Shown here in pieces: positions 27,401-33,807 of a stretch of 64,000 nucleotides of DNA. A program made the translations under genes and the position numbers. This stretch comes from Bugula neritina (taxonomy: Eukaryota; Animalia; Bryozoa). The stretch lies in contig OZ037766.1 of NCBI GenBank assembly GCA_964035545.1, positions 7,368,722 to 7,432,721 of the forward strand, in the 5' to 3' direction. The notes below the pieces were generated by a model. That model was given only the letters and a program-made list of their open reading frames with translations. It was not told where the DNA came from and searched no databases. Each line of letters opens with the position of its first letter. Positions within the stretch are counted from its first letter, which is position 1.

Positions 27401-29010
27401 TTCCACAAACCGTCCCGTGTGATAAACGCCGCTTTCTCTTGGGCGTCGGGACTCAGAGGAACCTGCCAATAGCCGCTTAGCAAGTCTAACGTACTGAAGT
27501 ACTTGCTGCCGGCTAGAGCGTCCAATGACTCGTCAATACGAGGTAGAGGGTAGGCGTCCTGTATGGTTACGCTATTGAGTTTGCGGTAGTCCACACAGAA
27601 CCGCCAACTGCCGTCTTTCTTCCGGACCAGTACGACTGGCGAGCTCCACGCACTATGGGCGGGCTCTATCAGTCCCCGGTCCAGAAGATCCCGTACTTGT
27701 CGGCTAACCTCCTTCTCTTTCTCCGGCCCCAGCCTGCGTGTGGGCTGCCGGACAGGGACTGTCCCTGCAGTCAGCGGTATTTCGTGTCTGACAATTCCAG
27801 TCAGTCCCACGTCATGCTCCCCGCTGCTGAACACATCATCGTAGTCGCGTAGTAACTTGGCCATAGCTTGGCGTTCTCTGTTACTCGCGCAGCCGCCACT
27901 GGCTGTCTCGTATAACTCCCGGAGATGTGTTGGGACTGCCCCTCGTCCCTGAATAGGGTGTCGAGGGAGTGCCTCTGTCGCATCACCCAGCGACGGGCCT
28001 ACGTCTCCCTCTTGAACAGAGTGAAAACGGCCCAGCATCGACTCAGCCGGGAGCTTGATAGGCTCGGTAAAGGGGTTGACGCACTGCACTAAGATCTCCC
28101 CTTGCTCAGTCAGCTGATTCAGACTGCTGGCAAGTTGGATCTTTTCGTGCGCGCCTTCAACCACCCCGAGTCCAGAGATCCGGCTACTATTCACCCTGCA
28201 GTGAATGGTAGCCCGGGAGCGGCCTGGTATGGTACGGTTGCGTACCACTTGCACACCTCCCACTAAAGGGCAGCCGAACTTGTCGACGCAGGCGAGTTCC
28301 CGCCCGGACATCATCATTGCAGATCTGCTAAAATCTATGTGACATCCGTGCCGTTTAAGGAACGGCATCCCGAGGATAGCATCCTCCTTGAGCTGACTGA
28401 CGATAAACGTCTCTTGGATCGTTTGATCACGGACTTGTCCCGTCAGCTCAATTATACCATAGAAGGGAAGGCATGACCCGTCAGCTAGGGTGCCGTATTC
28501 CCCTTCGTATGCTTCCATCTCGCCCCTGACCCTAGCACTGAGGGTGTCGAAGAGTTGGCGGCTTAAGAGGTTTGTGGTACAGCCCGAATCAATGAGAAAA
28601 GTAACAGCTTTGCCTTCCAGTTTGCCGGGCAAGAAATAGCTGTTCCCATGGGGCTGCACCTGAACTCTCCCTTCAGGCCTTACTCTCGCAGGGAGTACCC
28701 CCCTCGCTTTGGGTCGCGAAGGAGGTCTCTTGGGGCGGTGATAGGCAGGCCTCGGGGGTGCCGAGGCTAGATTCTCAGCTACCTTTGTGTGCTCCCATCC
28801 AGATTCTTGGACTTGTAGCCCTGTGAATCTGTTGTGAAGGGGCATAGAAAAGGCAGCCGCGGGGCGAAGCCCCTTGCTGGTCCGTCGTGGCTGTTGCCAC
28901 TGTTGGTTGCCAGTACGCGGTACCCGTCTGGGTGACCTGCGTTTCTTCTTCCCTAGAGGTTTCGTCGGCCCGCGGAAGGTGGGAACATCTGCGGGCCGCG
29001 GTAGTTTAAC
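24442..29010 (-). CDS. pol: Pol polyprotein (protease, RT, RNase H, integrase), reached by -1 frameshift from gag
   Basis: FLIDSGCT protease; LPFGL and YLDD RT; DTDAS/ELLA/RTDH/ADGLSR RNase H; HHCC, VDLVG/HSDQG/VERNNR DDE and KFVGPY integrase motifs; no stops in ORF 24442..29070. Confidence 0.97.
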   Translation of the reverse strand, partial: VKLPRPADVPTFRGPTKPLGKKKRRSPRRVPRTGNQQWQQPRRTSKGLRPAAAFSMPLHNRFTGLQVQESGWEHTKVAENLASAPPRPAYHRPKRPPSRPKARGVLPARVRPEGRVQVQPHGNSYFLPGKLEGKAVTFLIDSGCTTNLLSRQLFDTLSARVRGEMEAYEGEYGTLADGSCLPFYGIIELTGQVRDQTIQETFIVSQLKEDAILGMPFLKRHGCHIDFSRSAMMMSGRELACVDKFGCPLVGGVQVVRNRTIPGRSRATIHCRVNSSRISGLGVVEGAHEKIQLASSLNQLTEQGEILVQCVNPFTEPIKLPAESMLGRFHSVQEGDVGPSLGDATEALPRHPIQGRGAVPTHLRELYETASGGCASNRERQAMAKLLRDYDDVFSSGEHDVGLTGIVRHEIPLTAGTVPVRQPTRRLGPEKEKEVSRQVRDLLDRGLIEPAHSAWSSPVVLVRKKDGSWRFCVDYRKLNSVTIQDAYPLPRIDESLDALAGSKYFSTLDLLSGYWQVPLSPDAQEKAAFITRDGLWKWKVLPFGLTSAPATFQRLMEQVLSGLHWKTLLVYLDDVIVISPDFETHVSRLQEVFERLRGAGLKLKPSKCALLQPEVKYLGHVVGRNGVATDPEKVRAVEDWVTPQDLTGLRAFLGLVGYYRQYIPDFAGIAQPLNRLTAKGVTWQWTPVEQEAFDRLKGCLLTAPILAYPDPTLEYILDTDASDQNVGAVLSQVQEGREVVVAYYSKSLSPAERNYCTTRKELLAVIKSVKHFRPYLYGRKFRLRTDHASLIWLCRRAEPSSQVARWLEILAEFSYRIEHRPGKRHSNADGLSRRPDGGCKQCLNIERRDGGPPRCELETLAHRGAPFGWDQGQLRQRVDESPEDVQNLRANPVLAGNVRELKKLQEELPGVVADIYRAKREGRRPSEERIRQGCAEFRLYCQRWDLLRIGQDGLLTISLAASGRHPERKRVVCPTAIRRELIWDTHKQAHAGVKRVMSKLRLRWYWPQMERDVRLRVKQCEICQASKHSRPPGEAGRRRLYAGRPWQVVAVDLVGPMPLTPRGNNWILVLTDHFTRWADALAIPDASAPTVARALDQHVFCYFGLPEQIHSDQGAQFQSQLTSDLCHLWGVNQSRTTPYHPQGNGVVERNNRMLGDALRSLLLGRGQEEWDTVLPQVMRAYRSTPHTSTGETPNLLMLGRETRVPDHLAYHVPEQDNSVHEYASELVERMKAAHDILRQQQWKVRHEDSDEPPLYQRGDKVWMVNYRRRRGQADKLKPKFVGPYVVVEAMPNHTYKIERSGQVSIQNESRLKPYWASPGGVGEAPPLLEPRRQTTTRGRRRHGPEYEVVIPREENLVREERQLLPTEACPPPPSLIPSLPETEPVPEVQTPTEGGAPSGEQEEVTADGEVETPLEAPTNEPASVSPPLERGQRTRQPPAYLKDFVCDCVKSGTHESLGENRTRKESSKCGSCQHHGNINFYIGGNRNKIHPPGAQSLNHAPQPRCSIFSYADAVRSRRVSKQ
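28949..29010 (-). other. Candidate -1 ribosomal frameshift signal (slippery heptamer plus pseudoknot)
   Basis: G TTA AAC in the gag frame (29010-29004), 5-nt spacer, 8-bp stem CGGCCCGC/GCGGGCCG, and loop TTCCC complementary to downstream GGGAA. Confidence 0.7.
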
Positions 29011-29840
29011 CCCTGATTTAGGAAGGGACAATATCGGCGGAAGTGTCCTTGATTTCCGCACTCCCAGCAAAAACTGACTGTTTCTCCCTGTGGCGGCGCC
29101 GATGGCCGCATGGGCTCAGGGGCGGTACTCACTGGGTTTTGTGGTGTCAGTGTTGCTATCAGCTTGGCTAGCATGTCCGTCAGTTGAGTGACTTTTGATG
29201 CCGTCGCCAACTGGGACACGGCAGCCGCGGCGGGGGTTTCCTCCCCTTGTCCCGCGGCCGTGTCTGCGCGGTCTATCTCCACTTGGCGGGAGCTTCCGCG
29301 ACTTTTATGCATTTGGTTAGCTAGGAGGTAAGCTTCCCCCTCAGTCAGAGCATCTTCAACGGTGGTGACTCCCCTAGCTAGAAACTGGTGGTGGAGACCC
29401 AGATCGTCGACAGATGCTATGAAAGCGTCGAGGGTGTACCTCTCACGGTTGACTGGGGGCAAGTCGCTGTACGCGATCTGTGCCAGCTTCATGACCGCGG
29501 CGGCATGCTCCCGCAGCGGGGTGCGGGGATCACGCCGCAACCTCTGTAATCGGGCCCTGGCATCTGTAGCCAAGAGGCCAAAGCGGGCCCGCAGAGAAGC
29601 AAAGATATTATCAATGTCTACGCCCAGCCCATAGGGCTTGGCTTTGTCCATCAATGCCATTCTAAGCTTCAGCAGGGCCACCCTAGGGGGCCACTGAGCG
29701 ACGTCCATTACGTCGCTAAACTCTTGGATGAATTGTTCCACCTCCTCTTCACCCGTGAAGGTGGGCGCCTTTAACCTGTAGTGGTATTCAGCTAGTTCTC
29801 GTGGAACCCTTCGCTCTTCTACTACATGGTTAACAGGCAT
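28953..29840 (-). CDS. gag: Gag (295 aa) with CCHC zinc knuckle
   Basis: PTFTGEEEVEQFIQEF capsid-like start; CWECGNQGHFRRYC knuckle; ATG 7 nt after the second PBS; overlaps pol in the -1 frame. Confidence 0.93.
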   Translation of the reverse strand: MPVNHVVEERRVPRELAEYHYRLKAPTFTGEEEVEQFIQEFSDVMDVAQWPPRVALLKLRMALMDKAKPYGLGVDIDNIFASLRARFGLLATDARARLQRLRRDPRTPLREHAAAVMKLAQIAYSDLPPVNRERYTLDAFIASVDDLGLHHQFLARGVTTVEDALTEGEAYLLANQMHKSRGSSRQVEIDRADTAAGQGEETPAAAAVSQLATASKVTQLTDMLAKLIATLTPQNPVSTAPEPMRPSAPPQGETVSFCWECGNQGHFRRYCPFLNQGLNYRGPQMFPPSAGRRNL

Positions 29841-29847
29841 TGTCTCT

Positions 29848-29865
29848 ATCCCACTGCTGCCACCA
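29848..29865 (-). other. Primer-binding site 2 (tRNA-Leu type), directly upstream of gag
   Basis: TGGTGGCAGCAGTGGGAT, 1 nt from the CA end of LTR-B; complementary to a tRNA-Leu(AAG/TAG)-like 3' end ATCCCACYGCTGCCA-CCA; identical to PBS1. Confidence 0.9.
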
Positions 29866-29866
29866 C

Positions 29867-30793
29867 TGTAGTAATTCGTGGAATTACTAGTTTGTGGGTT
29901 TTTATTGTGTATTACTAATTACTGCATCATGCTGTGAGGTTACAGAAGGAACCGAACAAATGGATTAGGAATGCGAGAATTATATTTAAGTAAACAACAT
30001 ACGAGTAAAAATAACATACATCAGCCGAGAAAGAATATACAAAAGTCGTAGTACTACATGAGTTAGCCTGCCAGTTCCAATCTGCCTGTGGGCGGCTGAA
30101 GGTGCTGTATATATACGAGAGCTCGCCTCTGATTGGTTGGTATTAATATCACGTCATCCTGGCCATTACTTCAAGGTTCATCCGGGCAAGCTGATGCATA
30201 GCTGTCACTTTGTTGATGATGGAAAATACCCACACTTGCTCAGACGACTGTAAGCATGATTCATCGCAGCCACAGCTGGCTGGATCGTGATTGGTCCATG
30301 GGTTCCGGTGGACCGCGGGAAGTCCCCGCATTTCACATGTGCCGTACGGCACGAAGGAATGTTAACATGTAGTCAACTGATGTATTGATGAGTGAGTCCA
30401 GCTAAGTGAATGGCCATAGCGTCGCTGGTGCGGAACAGCATACGGTCTCTCTAGTAATGGTGATGCCGTCAAGCTAGGCATTAACTACTAGTACTGGCAG
30501 CCTGTTATGATGACCATGCGTACGCATTACGTTACATTTATTACACTGCAGTCCATGGTTATAGCTGCCGGCGGTGTTCCATTGCCGATGGCGTGACATT
30601 AGTAAACTACTTACGTGACATTAGTAAACTACCTACGTGACATTAGTAAACTACCTACGTGACATTAGTAACTACCTACGTGACTACTAACCGCTAACTA
30701 CTAACCATAGCGGGTTAATTACATCACACATTGACGATGTGTGATTATACTACGACAGGTGAATAATAATATAGATAACCAAAACTCACTACA
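29867..30793 (-). repeat. Internal LTR-like unit (LTR-B, 927 bp), distinct from the terminal LTRs
   Basis: TGTAGT...ACTACA inverted termini with a PPT at its 5' edge and a PBS at its 3' edge. On the minus strand, in order: tandem repeats, CRE-like TGACGTGA (30156-30149), CCAAT (about 30135), TATATATA (about 30115-30108), AATAAA (about 29906-29901). Single copy in the window, so LTR status is inferred from flanking signals. Confidence 0.8.
30592..30684. repeat. About 4.3 copies of a 22-bp tandem repeat CGTGACATTAGTAAACTACCTA in the U3-like part of LTR-B
   Basis: Directly visible; adjacent units, no spacers. Confidence 0.92.
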
Positions 30794-30828
30794 CTCCCCC
30801 CACCATCGGAAAGTACACCTTTCCGATA
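30794..30828 (-). other. Internal polypurine tract (end of cargo unit) with preceding perfect hairpin
   Basis: Minus strand: TATCGGAAAG-GTGTA-CTTTCCGAT-GGTGGGGGGAG|TGTAGT; similar to the terminal PPT cassette. Confidence 0.83.
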
Positions 30829-31078
30829 AGAAAGGAGTACAAGAAAACAAACAGACAAAAAAAAGAAAACACAATTAGAATACAATATAAGAACGCCACC
30901 AAAAAAAAAATATTCACACAGAAACTGCAACAATATAACAGACATTCGGTATACACTACTTACAAATAAGGGAAACTACAGGAGCACAGTCTACAAGTAC
31001 AATAAGCTGGCTAATACCTTAGGATCAGACTTCTGTGTTAGGTTACGAAGGTGTCACTGCTGATATGGCTGGTCGGGT

Positions 31079-31309
31079 TTACCGGGGTCGGGGATATTCT
31101 CTGCCTTGGACATTACTACAAGCAGAGGCTGAGGCCGTGAGATTTTCCTCGGGCTCCTCTGAGCTTGAACACCTATCAAGGAGGGGGTTGACATGAAGGG
31201 CGTGTCCATCATCAGAGCGAAAGTCGGCAAGTCGTTGCCCTGCTCTGGCTATATGCGCCTGTCTTTCCAGCTGCTCCTTAGTGCCACAAAGAGGACGGGT
31301 ACTCTCCAT
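31079..31309 (-). CDS. Cargo-unit ORF B (76 aa from ATG), unknown function
   Basis: MESTRPLCGTKEQLERQAHIARAGQRLADF...; GC-rich; no recognised domain; may be part of a longer disrupted or spliced ORF. Confidence 0.3.
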   Translation of the reverse strand: MESTRPLCGTKEQLERQAHIARAGQRLADFRSDDGHALHVNPLLDRCSSSEEPEENLTASASACSNVQGREYPRPR

Positions 31310-31401
31310 CACGACGCCGTCTGCCGTTCAGTAGTACGCCGAGGTTCTTGAGACGTTTGCCGCCACTTCCAGCGTAAGCTCGACACCTGCTCGTACAACT
31401 C

Positions 31402-31677
31402 TTACTGAAGTGCTTCCCTACAGCGTAGCGTAGCCAGGGAATATGTATAGACAGTGCTCCCCCACGCCACCCGTACTTCCTTCACCAAAGGTCTGCTGAA
31501 TGAGCGGTGTGAATTGTCTACTTGTGCATTGCATTCGCACTGGCAAGACGCCAGACCCTCCCGGTCTTGGGCACTACACGCGTTAGAGAAATACCTGTTA
31601 AAAGGTCGCTGGTGCATTCGATATCTAATGTCATTGTAACAGTCCTGCCTGTAATCTCCTATCCTTGGAAACGGCAT
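31402..31677 (-). CDS. Cargo-unit ORF A (91 aa from first in-frame ATG), Cys/His-containing, unknown function
   Basis: MPFPRIGDYRQDCY...ACSAQ...SCQCECNAQVDNSH...; starts about 35 nt after PBS1, where gag would normally be; no recognised domain. Confidence 0.4.
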   Translation of the reverse strand: MPFPRIGDYRQDCYNDIRYRMHQRPFNRYFSNACSAQDREGLASCQCECNAQVDNSHRSFSRPLVKEVRVAWGSTVYTYSLATLRCREALQ

Positions 31678-31711
31678 CGGTTCTTCATATCCCACAGCAT
31701 TGTACACAAAT

Positions 31712-31729
31712 ATCCCACTGCTGCCACCA
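31712..31729 (-). other. Primer-binding site 1 (tRNA-Leu type)
   Basis: TGGTGGCAGCAGTGGGAT, 1 nt inside the 5' LTR. Confidence 0.92.
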
Positions 31730-31730
31730 C

Positions 31731-32036
31731 TGTAGTAATTTTCAGTTTTAGGGTTGATGTACTATCCAGAGAGTCTATTTGTCTATTATAGAACTGCACC
31801 AGGCTAAGTCGAGTGAACGAGTATATTTTATACACAACTATACATTATAAAAACACGATACATTATTTCAAACAAGTTACACATCTAATCTATTTCACAC
31901 TCAAGCTTCGACTGAGTTAGCAGCGGGAAACTACAATTGCTGCTAACTATCAACTACGCTAATTGGCTATCCATTGTTCCGGGTCAATTACGCGACCCTA
32001 CACGTTGTGCTGCTGGTAGTTCCACGAACCACCACA
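31731..32036 (-). repeat. 5' LTR (LTR-A)
   Basis: TGTAGTAATT...CCACCACA; three mismatches to 22756-23061. Confidence 0.96.
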
Positions 32037-32600
32037 GTATTACTATTACTATTAGTATTAGTATTACTATTAGTATTACTATTAGTATTAGTATAAGTAT
32101 TACTATTAGTATTAGTATTACTATTAGTATTACAGTATGAGTATTAGATTAGTATTACTATTAGTATTAGTGTTACTATTAGTATTACTACAGTACAAGT
32201 TGAAGTTAAGTACAAGTACTAGTACTACTACTACTAGTAGTAGTAGTAGTAGTAGTAGTACAAACTGAAACTACGTCTACTCATGCTAAGTGTAGCTAGT
32301 ACTACGTCTACTCTACTAGAAGTATTAGTAGTACTAGTACTAGTAGTATTACTATTAGTATTAGTAGTACTACTACAACTGTACAAGCTTTTTTGTTTCA
32401 ACCTGACCCTACTATTAGATTAATACTAATACTAATAGTAGTACTAATACTAATAGTAATAGTAATACTAATAATAGTGTAAGTATTAATAAATTTAATG
32501 CTATCAGTATCAGTATGAGTATCAGTATAACTATTACTACCATTACTAATATTTACTAATAATATTAGTATTAGATTAGTATTACAATTTAAATTGGCAA
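32037..32600. repeat. Degenerate (TATTAG/TATTAC/TAG)n simple-repeat field; target of the Gypsy insertion (continues at about 22730-22755)
   Basis: Hexamer and trimer repeats on both sides of the element. Confidence 0.88.
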
Positions 32601-33271
32601 TTGTCATAATAATCATAATGTATCGATATTCATATTGATATAATGATATTTATATTGGTATTGCACAAGTTATTAAAATTGACATGAAATCATAAATGGG
32701 AAATGTTTATTTATTAATGTATTTATTTTTAATGGTAATGGATATTGGTATTAGTATTACTAATAAGTAATAACCTTAAGTCTAAGACATAGTCATAATC
32801 ATAATGATACTGACAACTCTAACTCTAAGTATTAATGTAACTGTGTAAGTAACGACTATAAATGTAAATTAGTGGATAAGTACAACTTGAACTTATGGTA
32901 GTTAACTATAACAGTATAAGTAGCTCATAAACTGAATATAATTGTTCTGGAATTCACATTAAAAAGTTGATGTTATAGTTATACTTGTGCTACATTTTTA
33001 ATAAATCAAACTGGATATCATTGTCCTCCTTATCAAGTGGTGATCATCATTATGAATATAAGTATAGCAGCTATGAGTTATTACTATCAGTAGGACTATG
33101 AGTATGAATCCATTTATTAGTGTTTAAACAAGGTTAAATGTCTAATCAAATATAAATACTTTTTATAAGCATTAACAGGAAGATAATCATATATAGTGTT
33201 ATCTGTGATACTATATGAATATAAATATCACTATATTTTTAATTAATTATTTATTATTAATAATAAATAAT

Positions 33272-33428
33272 TAGCAGCAGTAGTAGTAGCTGTAGCAGTA
33301 ACAGCAGCAGTAGCAGTAGTGGCAACATCAGCAGCAATGGTGGTAGCAGCAGTAGCAGTAGTGGCAGCATCAGCAGCAACGGTAGTAGCAGCAGGAGTAT
33401 TTGCAGTAGAAGCAGTAGAGGTAGTACT
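33272..33428. repeat. Degenerate (GCA/GTA)n trinucleotide repeat
   Basis: Low-complexity run that produces the Ala/Thr ORF 33243..33431. Confidence 0.8.
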
Positions 33429-33807
33429 CATATTTCAACAATAAATAACCTCAAGTTAAGACGATACCATTAAATTTAATAATATAACTTTAGCTCTGAA
33501 AATAAAATTACTTAGAGACATTTATATTAACTTGCAGTCAATCACTCATTGTCACTTTGCTTGTTGGCATATTTATTATAAGCTTATCGGGTAAGTGACA
33601 CTCAAATTATCAAAAGGCTGCATGAAACCCATCACTCAGTGTGAATTAGTGTAACTGTGGGATATTCACTATGGCTGCTGCACACACTTTAAGTATGATA
33701 GCAAATCATTAAATATTGATTGATAATTGTGGTGTTCTCTCACCTAACATTCTAAACCTTGAGGTTGTGTTTGTAATTTAGTTATACGACCCTCTACAGT
33801 CTGAATC

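Larger units (their letters stand above)
22756..32036 (-). mobile_element. Full-length Ty3/Gypsy LTR retrotransposon with an extra internal LTR and duplicated PBS and PPT
   Basis: 306-bp TG...CA terminal direct repeats (303/306 identical), GTAT TSD at 22752-22755 and 32037-32040, uninterrupted gag and pol in PR-RT-RH-IN order, much more GC-rich than the flanks. Confidence 0.97.

Noticed and set aside
24608-29634. Many + strand and alternate-frame ORFs over gag-pol
   Set aside because: Shadow ORFs of a GC-rich coding region with no motifs.
30592-30684. 22-bp repeats as a CRISPR-like array
   Set aside because: Adjacent units with no spacers, in a eukaryotic LTR; an ordinary U3 tandem repeat.
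29867-30793. LTR-B as a solo LTR from an independent nested insertion
   Set aside because: No TSD (flanks CCAC and CTCC), and exact abutment to both a PBS and a PPT is not expected from random insertion.
31937-33431. Ile/Ser/Thr- and Ala/Thr-rich ORFs
   Set aside because: Translations of simple repeats.
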